Positions 13,701-27,510 of a stretch of DNA of 64,000 nucleotides are shown piece by piece. Each line of letters begins with the position of its first letter. Positions within the stretch are counted from its first letter, which is position 1. Both the position numbers and the translations under genes were made by a program. Below the pieces are notes generated by a model, which saw nothing but the letters and a program-made list of their open reading frames with translations, made no database searches and was not told the origin of the DNA. The DNA is taken from assembly GCA_044892525.1 (NCBI GenBank), contig CM097885.1, positions 57,970,001-58,034,000 on the forward strand, written 5' to 3'. This DNA is from Schmidtea polychroa (lineage: Eukaryota).

Positions 13701-15846
13701 TGCAAAGAGCGTTTTACTAATGGTCCAGAAATTGATACTAAAGAATCAAAGAAGCATGAAATAGCATTGATTATAATTATTGAACCGTATAATTATAATC
13801 AAGAAAATCGAATACATAGATCTTTCAGAGTTGGTGAATTGGTACAAGGAAGATATCAGAAACAAGCAAGATAACAGGTATTGCGGACCTTTTGAAATAA
13901 TTGGAAAATATAATAAAAATAGTTATTTATTAAGGAATGCTGATAATAAATGTATTACTATAAATGTGGAATGGCTAAATCCATTTAAAACGAGGGGGGT
14001 GTGATGTAATTATAATGGGATATTAGATTTCCCTAACCTTTACCCTATATTATCTAATGCCTGAATGTGTGATTTATTATTTTTGATTGTCTGGGTCCTC
14101 AAATTATGTCATTGATTATTATTTCCCAAAAAGCTATTGCTGATTGTGTTGGTGTCGATACACCGAGTACTATAAATAGTACCACAATTTCTTAAATAAA
14201 ATTTTTGGAATTTATCAATTATTCTTATTCTTTACAACTATAATAACAATGATAATAAAATTTACTAAATTAATATAAGCTTCGTGTATCAATTTAAAAA
14301 GAATTGTTGAGAATTTAAAGTTTCATTTGCCCCCCCCCCATTATTAACCTATTGTGCTTTTTTGGCATCACATTGCATCGGTTCGTTATTGACAAGCTTC
14401 TTCTTGTTTGTATAAACAAATCGTGCCTGGAAGTGTTTCTGCATCTACATAAACCTCAGTCGAGCTGTAACAAACAATTGATGTGTTCTAATGAAATTGT
14501 GTGCTTCATCTTAGTAAAAAAATATAATTCATGTTATTAAGGATTAATTTGATATCAGAAAAATATTAAGTCCATATTTTATGTTAAAAATTGAAGTCGT
14601 AAAGACAAAATGAAAATACAATTTCTTTGTGCTATTTGCGCCAGTGATGTCTAAACTCTAAATTGTAATTCTTTTTTCATTTTTGATCAGTTTTTTAGCT
14701 TTATAGTTTTTTTTTGAATGATTTCATAATGCTCTCAAACTTGTTCTGATCCATTAGAAATATTTTGTCACGTTTCAATTTATTGAACTAGTGTTTAAGA
14801 GTAGCTTTTTGATGAACTTGAATCATCATAGATAAAATTAATTTCAAAATGAATTTCTTTTCTTTCTTTTTCAAGCCAGAAATTCGAAAAATAATGCTAT
14901 TTTTTACTTTCCAATTAGAATTTAGTAATAACGCAATTATAGCAGAAACAAGTATTAATATACTTAAATAAAAACAATATAGAATAACCTTCATGCATTA
15001 TAATTGAAATATTTTTCATGTTAGTTTTGCCTTTTATATTAGACTCCCTGTGTATTAGGAGTACCATATCTAAGGTTTATCTTAATTGACAACTTTCTCA
15101 ATTAAATGTTATCTCTCAGATTATAATAAAGATTAATGTATTGTATAGCAGTGCTTATTCCGTTTCGTGTCACCACTTGAAAATATCATTGTTTTACAGT
15201 TACTGACTGTTTTCATTCCATAACGTAATACATAATTGCATTTCTTTTATTATTTTTTTATTTTATTATTTCACTATTTACTATTTGCAGTTGATTTCTA
15301 TTTTAGCAGCTTTTGCACATAGGTATCCATTAATATTTATTTTGACATTTTAGTGACTATTATTTCCTGCAATAAATTTTTTCAAATTAAATCACCTAAA
15401 TAAAATAGTTTTAATTTAATTTCATCTCATTTCATTGTTTTCTAGTGTGGTCGTGGCTTAATATATTGAAATATATTTATTTGTTTTAGCATACGTCTAC
15501 TTCTCAGATGTATTTCCATTGGTTTCCTGGTTTCATTCATTCGATATCGAAAATGCCAAATTCTGAATTGAAAATTCAAAACAACATGCAGTTGGCTGGA
15601 GTAGACACAAAAGTGGATTGTTCTCTGCTAAACTATCAGCAGCCTTTGCCATTACCGTACTATTCTCCATTTATGCGAGACGAGGATGCTGCTGATTTGG
15701 CCGCTATTGAAAGAGTTAATCGCAAAATATCACAGTGCAATTTAAAATTACCGAAAAAGGACAAAGTCACTCTAATTGATAGTTCTGTTCGAGAAATTCA
15801 ACCAATTTGGACAAAGCTGGACGACAGTGATGAAGTAAAATTTTAA
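4718..15846 (+). CDS. Unidentified spliced host gene A, predicted exons 4718-4848, 7627-7717 and 15490-15846 (5' part not resolved)
   Basis: Each exon is open and bounded by AG and GTAAG/GTGAGT, with compatible phases (2 then 0). The last exon contains ORF 15508-15846 and its stop. Confidence 0.5.
5190..5321 (-). pseudogene. Dynein light chain (LC8/DYNLL-type) pseudogene fragment
   Basis: After an AG acceptor it reads RKAVIKNSDMVDEMQQEAIDS (cf. LC8 RKAVIKNADMSEEMQQDAV), then frameshifts to VIQVTDEFKIKKNISNSIERK. The C-terminal half is missing. Confidence 0.75.
6403..7087 (-). mobile_element. Mariner transposase remnant
   Basis: Pieces MEADEIHLRH, WFKKLAFGDFDL, LVEFDPRRSIHELS, NMVTGDEKG and PTPKAGLHPKKVL. 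A TA-flanked TIR-like end lies at 6401-6430. Confidence 0.85.
7846..8093. mobile_element. hAT MITE, 248 bp
   Basis: TIR CAGTGGTGGCCAACC / GGTTGGCCATGGCTG and an exact 8-bp TSD AACTAATA. A near-identical copy is at 51146-51392. Confidence 0.95.
9030..9990 (+). mobile_element. Internally deleted Ty3/Gypsy pol fragment related to the 1-2625 element
   Basis: LFSSIGLGQ and FCFNHIPFGLA join directly to the RNase H end (SKELL, YLYGKIFTARTDYEAL, GLSR..CSKCQ). An integrase start (EQVVIDIAY) follows. Confidence 0.85.
10000..13999 (+). mobile_element. Ty3/Gypsy element: gag (CCHC knuckle), protease, RT, RNase H and integrase, frameshifted; no 5' LTR seen
   Basis: CSCCGKAGHLSFQC knuckle, LFDTGA protease, YLDDIL, LDTDAS, HKELCH..CEIC, VDKGKCF and SNGQIER. 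A PPT AAAACGAGGGGGG lies at about 13987-13999. Confidence 0.95.
14000..14248 (+). repeat. 3' LTR of the 10-14 kb Gypsy element (right end approximate)
   Basis: Begins TGTGATG immediately after the PPT, contains TATAAATA (~14171) and AATAAA (~14195), and has candidate ACA ends at 14236 and 14248. Confidence 0.7.
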
Positions 15847-16099
15847 TTTAATCTTTATTTTATTTGAAATAATGATAATCTTGATGGACTCCAATATTTT
15901 CATTCTTTGATAAAGCTGACTGCCATTGTTATACATATCCATAACGCTTCATACCACTAAATCTTTCAAATACTATGAAGCATTGGACTTTTGGATGAAA
16001 TTAAATAACAAAAAAAAGTGCCTGACTTGAAACTGATAAGTTCGGTTATGTTGCTAGCATCTACCAACTGCAAGTGTCAAATGATAGCAACTTTTAAAA

Positions 16100-18550
16100 T
16101 TAGAACTGTAAAATATACTAATCCCCATTTAGGGATTACGTAACTGATGGGTTAAAGTATGTGGCAAGTGGCAATCCTACTTTATAAGAACGTTGCTATT
16201 CCTCTCTGTTGAGTTGAATCGAATACATATCATTTATGTAAGTGTAACCAAACACGATTAAAATCTCAATATGTAAGTATAATATACATTCAAGCGTACC
16301 TATTTGATATTGAGTCGGATTCTACAAATTGGCATAAAATATTTAATGATAAATTACGCACATTTATATAGATGCAGCTTATGAGAATCCAGTTAATAAT
16401 ATTCATTGTCGATTCATACCATTTTACATGTATAAAATGATGAAGAATGTATAACAGTATTACAGATAATGGATAGTTATTGTAAATTTTGTTGTAAATT
16501 GTTTAATGATAACAAAATTCAATTGTGCATCGACATCTGAATGACCATGAAAATTCGAAAATTAAGTTCTTAATAATGTGGACGAAATTGAACATCAGAC
16601 TCAAATGTAAGAAAACAGTAGATGCAGAGCATCAACGTCTAATAAGTGCACAAACCAAACATTTGCAAGCTATTCTGAAAAGATTGGTTGCGATAATTCA
16701 CCTTTTGGTGGAACAATATTTAGCATTTGGGGTAATTCTGATGTAGTATGCAAGATGAATAATGGAAACTTTTTAAAACTCTTAGAATTGTTATCAAAAT
16801 TTGATTTTACAATGAAGAAGCATTGAAAGAACAAGAAAATTTGTTTACGCTATTTAAGTAAAAACAATCCGAAATGAATTAATAAATGTTATTGCAACAA
16901 ATGTTCAGAATAACATAATAACAGACTTAAAAAAGATTAAATATTATTCAATCAAAGTGGATTGTGAACAAGACGTTAGTAAGATAAAAAAATAACAATT
17001 GTAGTGCGTTTCGTTCATATCGAAGAATTGTAAAGTTAAAATTCGAGAACATTTTTTTGCATTCATAGTTTTAACTGAAACAACAGGAGAACCCCTTACA
17101 AACAAAATTTTAGAAGTATTACAGTTATACGGAATTCCTTTGGAAAACATGAGCGGATAAGGATATGACAATGGATCTAAAATAAGAGGCCAAAATATAG
17201 GAGTTCAAAGAAGAATTTTGAATTTAAATCATCTTTTTGTTAAAATTAGTAGTTTGTGAAGCCGCAAAATCATCAAAAGATGTTATATCATTCTTTGGGA
17301 TATTGCAATCAATTCCTAATCTTTTCAGTGATTCCACTCGTCGTTGGGCCATTTGAAAAATAACTTAAGGTATAATTCAACCTCTAAACCCTTGTATACA
17401 TCTCATTGGGAAGGTCGAATTGACGAGCTAAGACCATTCACATATTCTTTAAGCGAAATTTTTGATTCTCTTTTTGGAAATAAGTGAAAATGCAGCTTTT
17501 GAAGCTGAATTTAGACACGAAGCAGAATCTCTAGCAAAACAGATTAACAGTTTCAATTTTGTCTGTGTATTAGTAATTTGGCACAATATTTTAAATACAA
17601 TAAATATAAAGTACATTCGATTTTGGCAAAGAAAAAAATGTATTTTCAAGAGATATGACCAGATGCAGGTTTTGAAGAATTAATTGAGAAAGCGGAACTT
17701 ATCGCAGAAAGTTAAATATTGAGACCATGAAAAGTTAGACGACGGTTTGATAATTGAATCTCATGATGAGATAATTGCGGATAACAAAGCCAAATTTATA
17801 GCTGAATGTTTTTTTTACAGTTTGGATATCATAATTAATTCTCTTGAAAGAAAGTGGCATTCAATTAAGCGATCACATTAATACATTCAAACGTTTTTGC
17901 GATATTGCTAAAGCAACAAAATTGAAAAGAATCAAATTATTTTCTCATTGCCAAAATTTATGTAATATTCTTAAAATAACTTAGGAGAACCGAGCGGATA
18001 TATAGATGGGCTTGAGGTGTACAATGAAATATTAGTTTTCACTGAAGTAATTCCAAATAATGTATCTTCACCTCAACAAACTCTAGAATTTATTTTTGAA
18101 TGATAATATAACGCCAAATTTAGTCGTATCATTAAGAATACTATTAACAATACCAGCACCCGTATCTAGTGGTGAAAGGAGTTTCTCCAAGCTAAGAATA
18201 ATCAAAAATTGTTTGAGAAATTCAATTTCTCGAATGCGATTAGCAGAATTTACTAAAATTTCTTTTGAAAGCCAAATTGCGAAATATTTAGATTATACAA
18301 ACTTATTGTTGAACTTTGCTTCTAGGAAAGCAAAATGTTTAGTAATTTGTTATACCTTATTGGAATAAAAATATAAAAATACAACTTATTTTTTAAAACT
18401 TTTTAATAAGTCTGTTCAAAACTGGTCTAATTTGACTGGTAAATCTAAGTCTAAATCCTAAATCAAATAGCATGATAGAAAAGTGGAAATACTGCTGGGC
18501 GCCTAAATCTATACTTGTCTGGAGCGCAAAATAACCTCGACCCTGCCCTG
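16100..18550 (+). mobile_element. Degenerate hAT transposon (ZMYM1-like transposase)
   Basis: NGNFLKLLELLSKFD, GYDNGSKIRG and PAPVSSGERSFSKLRIIKNCLRNS. Right end is TIR-like (..CCCTGCCCTG); left end not found. Confidence 0.85.
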
Positions 18551-18839
18551 TATTCTGTGGTTGAATATTTTAGACTCACTAATTTGGAAATTGTTTATGT
18601 GAACTTTTGTATTTGATTACCTTTTGATGAAATTTTTGATTTTTATTTTATTAGAGATTTCAACTTGCTAAACGTAAACAGTTTCGTCCTTATGAAAATA
18701 AAGAATATTATGAAATTTTAAACTCAACTTATTAATTTAGAGACTTGAAATGATTTTTAAAATTAATTATTTCGCTCAGTTATTTCAGGTCATATGTTAT
18801 TTTTTTAGTCCATTTTGAACAGTTAATTTCTCAAAGAGA

Positions 18840-19735
18840 CCCTAGTGATGATTGTATAGTTGAGTCAGAGTATAAGCTAAGATCATTGATAATGGATAAA
18901 ATTTATCAGGGGTGAATATTATTATTGGAATAGATTTGATTCTAAAACTTGGCAAAATTAGTGCAACCAGAACAGGAATCGTATTCAATAATACACAAAG
19001 GGGCCACATAGTAGCCCATGGAGTAGAGGCTGTATGTACGAATCGGAATGTTGTTGTTGAAGATCCGGAATTTTGTGCTTCATTCGAGGGATGTAAATGG
19101 AAGGGTGAGCAGCCAGTTTTGAAAAGATGGATTGAAAATTATGGAATTAAAAAAAGAGAAACGAGACAAGTTTGAAAATTTTGAAGAGTAACAAAGATTG
19201 GTTGCAAAAATCCAGGGGTTACGAGAGTGATATCATTCCTTTAATGTTTTTGAACAGGAAAACAAGGGTTAAGTCAAATCGGTCCTCGGCTTCCTAGAGC
19301 TAAATGAATATATTCACTGGAAACACATAGTCTCCCGTGAGAGCTTACGAAGATGAGACAGATGGGTGAGAATTTGATTTTATTAGACCTGAACAAAGCT
19401 TATCTACAATTGCACGTAGATGAATCACTGGAAATTTCAAAATGTTAGGTTTAATAATATTAATTACAATTGAATGCGTTTAGGATTTGATCTAAGTAGT
19501 GCACCAGAAATCATTTCAGCAATTTTGAGAAAAGTGTTAGAAATGGATGAATCAATCAAAAAGGCGTGCGACCATTATATTGATGATATCGGGGTATATG
19601 CATCATCAATAAATGTTGAACGGGTTGTGAAACATTTGCGAAGTTTTATATTAGAAACAAAATCTCAGGAAACAAATTGCGGTGCAAGGGTGACCGGACG
19701 ATTCGATGCAAAGAAACCGGACAATTCGGTGTAAA
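18840..19735 (+). mobile_element. Degenerate Ty3/Gypsy protease-RT fragment of a second lineage
   Basis: IIIGIDLILKLG, LDLNKAYLQLHVD and RLGFDLSSAPEII...HYIDDI. Confidence 0.75.
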
Positions 19736-19739
19736 AATC

Positions 19740-22700
19740 TTTAACTCACCTTTCTAAATCGCATGTAGTCTATTTGTTGCATGGTCTATCTTTATAAAAT
19801 TTGGAGAGACTCGGTCAGCTGTTACTGAATATTATTACTTTATCACTAAATATATTATTTTATTTAACGATCAAGCTGATAAACTTTCTTTTCTACGAAA
19901 TCAACACCAACGATGAACAAATTGCACATGGCTTAGAGTGACATGCAGTTATGTGAAAAGAATTTGTACATGATGACGGTGGAAAGACCCTACGTGTAAT
20001 GAAGCGTTATCCTTTGTTCAATTTTTTTTTCAAGTTATTTAAAGTCGGCAAATCGTACTTGGAACTCATTCTTCAAGTTGGAAATATTGATGCAGTACGT
20101 TTCTGTGTTGATTTCAGCTGGAAATTCAGTGTGTCTTGCAAGGACTTCAAGGTGGGAAAGTGTGCAAAATTAATTTCTTTTAGCTGCCTTTCAAAAACCT
20201 GTAATTTCATCTCAAAGGTACGAATGGAGTCATAAAGCTCTGTTACCAATTTATTGCGTCCTTGCATTTTTAGTATTCAGAAAATTTAAATATCCGGTAA
20301 TATCCACCATGAAAGCAAGATCTTGAATCCATTTATCATCTTTAAGCTCATGCATTTGTCTTCCAGTGCCATGAATATTTGTGTTAGTCGGCGCAGTTCA
20401 TAAAATCGCTTCAGTACAACTTCCCGACTTAACCAGCGAACATCATTGTGATATGACAACCCAGCAGTTATATAGGTTTCCTCCAAAAAGCAGTTGAATT
20501 GCCTGTAGTTTAGGCCTCGCGTTCTAATTTAATTCACTGCCTTTATAACAACACCCATGACGTGATTCATTTTTTAATAATTTGCTGCACAATACTTATC
20601 TGTGTATAATGCAATATAAATTATAAAATTTCTGATTTGGATTCACAGATAACAGTTTTTCCTTTAGTTTTGTTGCTACTCCAGCTTTTCTACCAACCAT
20701 TTATGGTGCTCCATCTGTGGTCAAACTCACAAGTTGTGCCCAATCAACATCTAATTTATCAAGTGCCACTATCAAGCTTTAAAAGATATCATTGACTATT
20801 GTTGTTCCTTTCATTGGTATCAATTCTACAAACTCTTCTGTTAAATATATATTTTTATCCACACCACATATAAAAGCTCTTACATCAGTTATGTCGGTAC
20901 TTTCATCAATTGCAACTGAAAATGCAGTAAAGCACCGAACTTTCTCCTTGAGTTACCAATTAATATTCTCTGACATTTGATTAATTCTTTCTGCAACTGT
21001 ATTTCTTGATAACCTTATGTTCGCAAAAGCTGGACTTTTTTTCCGGGCAAATATCTTCTTTCTTTATGAAGTCCCCTTCTGAAAAGGGCTCGATGACACA
21101 GCTATTTCATGTGCAGTCCTGTAACTTGCCTTAACTGCAGCATCACTGAGTTCATTAACCCTCTTAAATACTGACTTCTGCTTATCCAATGACTGTTCTA
21201 ATTGTTTAACTTTATCTTTACGTAACTTACCTCTGTATTTATTGAACTTCGAAGCCTGGTTCGTTTCATAATGTCTTGGAACATTATAATCTTTGGCAAC
21301 AGCAACATGTTTGTTACAAATTAAACATCAATCATGTCAACCGGAAAGTACGATTATCTCCAGTTTTTCTGCATCACCCGATACTCTTCATTAACTTTTC
21401 TTTGGTTTAAAAATATGGTTATAAGTTCAGAAAATAGACACAATATAAGTAAAAATACACAAGAAACACAAATCTAACAAATGTTAATTCGAAAAGTTAA
21501 AGCTCTTAAATGCCAAAAACTATCATAAATGACTAATATTTACCATTAGACCAGAACAACTAAATTAGACAAGTACGACAACTTTGCTGATGCCAGACTA
21601 TCAGATATGTATACCATGGCCCCCACATCCTAAAGTGGACCCCCAGGCCAGGATTTTCGGCGGGCCCCCAAACTATATACCGCTTGATGCTCTACAGGAA
21701 TTAGGATAAAATAGGGCGGATTAAATGATGGCAAGAAAGTAACATTAAAAATTTATTAAAAATAAACTACAGTTTTTAGCTTTACATTTATAAAAACATA
21801 GACTATGGTAAAAACTTACAATAATATCAAAAATTATCTCAAAGTAGATTATATTTTCTAGTTTTTGTCAATGCAAATTTTTCAATGACATCATTAAAAT
21901 CAACTTTCTTTGCAAAATCATTTTCGATACTTAAAATTGCTAGATGATTGAGTCGATCTTGACTAGTTGTGCTTCTTTACCATGTTTTTAATGAATTTGC
22001 CAGCCTGCTGAATGATCTTTCAGCTGAAGAAACCGACCAAAACAGTTTAATGGCGAGGCAGATATTAGCAAATATACCTTGCAGTTTTTTGGCATAAATT
22101 GCATTCAGAAGTTTAATTGGACTTCTTTCAGTTCAGAAAACTGTTTTGTGAATACTTTTAAGGTGAAGGATTTCGTGCAGTAAGTCTTCTGACAGATCTG
22201 TCTTTTATGTTTTTACAAGCTTTTATGCTTTTGCGGTAAGTTGTGTCACTTCATCATATTTTCCAATCAATTCTAAAATTCCTAAGAAATTCCAATTATG
22301 AACATCACCAATATGAGTGTTATCTCACTGTAAAGCTAAACCTCTTGATGATAAAAATAATGTTACATCTACAATCCGTTTCAGAAGTGCTTTTCAATAA
22401 GTTGTCTCGCATTGAATTTGCCGTTGTAAATCTTTATCTATTCCATATCCTTTTAATGTCTGCAATAAGAATTTCCATGATAAATAATGTGGAGCACTAT
22501 TTTCGTGAGGAGGCAAAATATCATACAACTTTTTCCAAGGTTTATTTCTAGGCAAAAATCCTTCTTGGGCTAAACTGCTTAAGTTTTTGCTAATTTGGTC
22601 ACAAAAAATACGACATGGTAGACAGAAGAGAGCTTCTTTTGATGCACTCTATGTTAACCAATCTCGTGGAAAATGTTCTCTTGTTCTTTTATCTTTCGTT

Positions 22701-24172
22701 TTCATATAGAGTAAAGAATGTTGAAATTCCCTACCATTAAGATCTCTTGGGAATACTTTATAAATCTTTTGAAATTCTCGAAAGCTGATAGTTTGTACTA
22801 TCTCTTGTCGCAGGTTATGCGAGATTACTAGGGGCCAAGTTCTAGGGTCATCATGTTTTACTTCAGAGTTATTAATACAGTCTCTGTTTATAAATTAAAT
22901 TAGATATACGCGTTTAATTTATTTTAATTTTTGATAAAAAAATATTTTGATTTGTTTAAGAAAAAAAACTTTTTTCTTACATCATAATCGATGCGCAGTC
23001 ATACAGTTTGTTCTCGAATAAAAAAGAATCTAGAAAATCTTCAGCCTCTTCAAGTCAATTTTACCAACTTAATAAACAAAAAGAAGCTGCTTTATATTTC
23101 TAGTTTTCAACCATAGTTGGTACTTGGTCATTGCAATTGCCTAAAAAATACACAATTTTCACAATAGTAGCTAATCAAAATTATCAACCAACCAGCAGGG
23201 CAGTCACTGCAAGAATGAAGATTTTTGCTTAGAAGTTAGCCTTTTTATACGGCGTGTTTTCGGCGAAATAAAATAGGACGGTATAATTTTCTTTGTCAGC
23301 AAGCAATAATAAAGCATCGTCCGAAAAGTGGTCAAATTATAAAAACAAACAAACATTAAAAATCACTAGCTGGTAGCATTGGAATAGGCTTCTCTATAAA
23401 TAAAAAAAAACATGTTTGTACAAATAAAAGAGAAGTATAACTTCTTTACCTGCATCATCATGTTGATGCATGTTCTGACGAAGTTCAAAGACACCTCCAG
23501 CCAGGAACTCGCTTGCTGTCGCATGCAGCGTTTTTAATTGCATTTGCAAATTTGAGCTTTAAATCAAAATACGATTGAATTTTTTTTTAAATGTATCAAT
23601 ACAGACAAAAGTTTTCCATCGCCAATACGGCATATAATAATGTTCGAATGGAGATAAATCACCAACGCGATGATGAGAGGATTAGAGGAATAATATAATA
23701 TGCCTATAGCAAAATGCAGTAATTAATTTTAGTTGATATGTACAAAACAAAAGTCAATATTTAATAAGTTTGTCATTAAGCTAACCGGCTTGCCACGGCA
23801 GGCCCCATTAATCCCGGGCCCTAGGGCTAGAGCCTTGTCAGCCTCCCCATGTGGTGGCCATGATGTATACTAAGGTCCGTTCGCGCGACTAATGTTTTGT
23901 CGGCAGTCTTGCATGATCATTTGTCATTGGTCATGCAAAACATTACGTATGGATGGCAAATTTGACACTTTGCATGAACTAATGCGGTTAGTCAAACTTT
24001 AAAGTATAGATTGGCTGGAGCATTGTATACAAGAAAGGCTACAGACAAAGCATTACGTGTTGGTGGGCATTTTCCGAGGCTTCATTCGTTGATATTTTTA
24101 TTATTATAATTATATTGACATGATTTGAAGTGTTTTTACAAGTGGCTGCGGGTCGCATGTTTGACACCCCTG
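19740..24172 (-). mobile_element. hAT transposon (GTF2IRD2/SPIN-like), 3'-truncated and interrupted by another hAT
   Basis: YHNDVRWLSREVVLKRFYELR and LQ/MQGRNKLVTELY..FPTL. 5' TIR CAGGGGTGTCAAACATGCG ends at 24172 on plus. Confidence 0.85.
21615..23862 (-). mobile_element. Nested hAT transposon (ZMYM1-like), 2248 bp
   Basis: TIRs CATGGCCCCCACAT / CATGGCCACCACAT, an exact TSD ATGTATAC (21607-21614 and 23863-23870), and a C-terminal SVSSAERSFS motif. Confidence 0.93.
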
Positions 24173-24507
24173 GCATAAAGTCTTAATTGACATTCTCCGA
24201 TTTCAAACAAATAAGTTAAAAACGTTTGCAAAATTAAAAAACTTAGATTCTTAAAATAAAATAAGTAAAAACTGTTCATATGAAACAGATGAGTTATCTA
24301 ATCAAAGTAGCGATTAATAGCAAACAATTTTTCAGACTTTGGGGGCTCTTTTATACGCCTGAGCCTTTTTGTGTTGCACAATCTGTACGGGGAATTGCTA
24401 CGTTACTGTTCATAATCAATTTGTTAAATAGTTCTAATATTTCCTCTTTATATAGTAATAGTAAATATTTATAATGGTATAATCTCGGTAATAGATAATT
24501 TCTTTAG

Positions 24508-25955
24508 ATCAAAGAAGACACAAAATTTGGTTCTTGTGACATTCATTTAAAGTCGAATATTTCTATACATGAATCTCATTCCGCTTTGGAGCTCTCTGTG
24601 GTTAATCTCAATCGCCAAAGACCTCTGAAACGCCAGTTGATTAGAGGATTTTCAGCGGAAGAAGCACACCTATTTACAGTTGATAAAGATAACAGTTCAA
24701 TGGATTGTGATACAGATCAAAAACTATCTATTATTCAAGAAGTAATTTTTTACATTTTTTTAAATAAGGTTACAGTGAAAATTGTATTTCAGTTTTTTCT
24801 TTAAATTGAATTCTACATATATTTCGATTGAAATTATATCTTCATTCTAAAGAATTTTAAAATTGAAGTAGATTCAAATTTAAATAAAAGGACAGGTAAA
24901 GTTGAATAAATTTCAAATTACATTTTATTAATTTTAATTATTTTGCTTAATTGCAGTGCTTTTTTTCTGGAAAAAAAGGTGTCGGAACGTATCTGTACTA
25001 TCCTTTATATGCAAAAAAATGGCGCTGAAAATAACTAACAAATAAAATAATTATGCAGGAAATGTAAAAATGTAAAGAAAAATGAAATCGTAAAGTTGTT
25101 TATAGCAAATTCCATAATTTTTTCCAATTTTCGTCAGACAAATCATCTTGACTCCTTTCCTTGCTCTTAGTGTCTACAGCAGAATGTCTTCCCCCGAAGT
25201 AACCATAAATCAACATACTTCGAAGGATTTGATTGTAATTGACTATTTGAAATGTCAGAAATAGAAATATGACAAAAAACCAAAACATGTGTCAATTTTT
25301 TAAAATCATTCGCGAAAAAAGGTGCCGGAACGCCTTTCCGGAGCGTTCCGTCAGAAAAAGAGCACTGCTTAATTGTAAAATCTTTTTCACAAATCTTTTC
25401 ATTTTTTTTGCTTTTTAAAGTATTTTTTTATCTTTTATCAGTTTTATTAATAAAATAAATATATTTTTTTTGTTAATTAATAACATTTTTTAAAAAAAAT
25501 AAAAATCCAATTGCTTCAATTAAATGAGTCATGGAATTGTTTCCAGTTGATTTTCTAAGATTTTATGATATTTTATAAAATTTTATAACATTATAATTTT
25601 GCTTTTTCGGCTTATAAATTGGTTTTGCTTGAGTTGAAACTTCAAATGCCTTTTAATTTATCATAAAAATATGAAAATATCATTGTTCTCATGTGTGCAT
25701 TTTTTATTATATGGCGTGCGTGTTGTGTGAATAGGCAATATTTGTAGTTGTTAACTAGTCTTATATTTTACCCCCCCCCCCTCTTTTAATATCCTATATT
25801 ATTCACATTTTTTTATCATAATGATTTTTCTAATTTATCCTGTATGTTTTTACTATAGAATTAATATACTTATTCATTGTATCATTCGATCTTTTTCGCT
25901 TATATCAGATTTGGTAGGTCCAGATATGAATGGCTTTTATTATTTTCATAAATAA
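24508..25955 (+). CDS. Unidentified spliced gene B, 3' exons predicted at 24508-24741, 24853-24895 and 25909-25955
   Basis: Open, AG/GT-bounded, phase-compatible exons (0-0, 0-1, 1-stop) that include ORF 24586-24804. Upstream exons not resolved. Confidence 0.4.
24954..25367. mobile_element. hAT MITE, 414 bp
   Basis: TIR CAGTGCTTTTTTTCTG / CAGAAAAAGAGCACTG and an exact TSD CTTAATTG. Confidence 0.93.
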
Positions 25956-26859
25956 TATATTGGGTGATCTAAATTGAATAAAATCATAAAACTCAGTCTA
26001 TGGGACATTAAAAAAACATTCATTTCACGCGCTAAAATTCGCATTCTCTTGCTTGGGTTTTCCATCATTTTCTTCTGTCATTGTTAAATAAATTCTGGTG
26101 TGTGGAAGCAATTAGAACGTCTGCCGTATTTTCCCTACAATCCAAGTGTCTTACTATTCATTGAAGCTCTTCATTTCACTTCTTATTGCTTTTACAGTTT
26201 TTAAAGACCATTGAGTAGCTGTCATAATTGTGGAATTTTGATCCCCGTCAAGATTCATTATGCTGCAGGTTACTCTTGTATAATTTTCGGATGGCTTTCA
26301 CTTGTCTATTTCAATTAATTTTGCTCTAACTAGTTACCAGAGCAATTAATTGTAAAAATTACATCAATGAAATTTGCTTTGAATCGTTTAATGTGTTCGT
26401 TTTTTACATTCATCGGCCCAAAAATCCTTTTCATTATATCTTCAGCTAAATTCAACATATCTCTTGATCGAGTATAATTTCAATCCCTTAAACATTTTAT
26501 ATTTGTCATTAAATTGGGATTTAAATCATCCTCAAAACGTTTTGATATATTTTTCAATAATTTGGAACTGTATTAGTCTCTGTTAGTTTTTATTTCATCA
26601 AATTAATAGCTAACTCAGAGGAAACTGATGTGAAATCTTCCTGACTTAGGGCAGTTATTGTTAATTTTATTGATTTAAGTGCTTAGCTAAAATCGTTTTA
26701 TATCGTATTTTATAATTCGGTAGAATTTAACTCGCAAAGAGCACCCGAGGCATAAAATTTGAAATGTCTAATGTATTTGGTTTTCAAAATCTCCGCAATT
26801 GAAGTGAAAATTTGTTTTTGAAATGCCTTAATTTTTTAAAAACTTTGAAGTAAAGGAAC

Positions 26860-27200
26860 CGGAGTTGACAAATATCGGAACGAATCTCGGTTCCGTATTA
26901 AATCCGAATTAACTGTAATCTGTAATTGTCATGGATGAAACCACAATTTATTTCGGCTTGAATTCTCAAACGACTATATATCGCAAATGGCCCAATTCAG
27001 TGGCAATACCATCAACAGGATATGAAAGTTTCAAAGTGACTTTTATTCTTGAAATGAGATTAAACGGTGAAAGCGTTGCTCATATGATAGTAAATAAGGA
27101 TAATAAACGGATTGGAGAGATTGGTTTTATATAATTAATTGGATAAAACCCTGAGCAAACCTATCGGTATTGAAAAGAAATATTGATATGGCACTTATGT
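26860..27200 (+). mobile_element. pogo-type DDE transposase remnant
   Basis: MDETTIYF...TTI.RK..SVAIPSTGYE...VTFIL resembles the pogo NMDETP...TTGxEK.RxTV region. Confidence 0.65.
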
Positions 27201-27510
27201 TTTTATTTTATTAACTGAATAAATATATATTAAATTGTTTTGATTAGTTTAATTTTTACCACCGTAATATTTTTATGGTTAAATATGAAAATATCCGTAA
27301 TAAAAGCCTGGAACCTTATTCATTGAAAAAAACTCAGGAAAGGATAAATATAAACATGGATTTTTGTGTTCATAAAATTTTGTGGTTTAGTTTCTTTTTC
27401 TGTTTAATTTCAGTCAAAGTTTTAGAAATTTTTTAAAAGATTTTTGAAAAACATTTGTTAAAGTTATAAAATGATAGTATAAAATGATGATTTCTTGGTA
27501 GTGGCATTTA

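Noticed and set aside
15508-15540. HWFPG resembling the MTG1/RbgA WFPGHM motif
   Set aside because: No GHM and no GTPase motifs follow.
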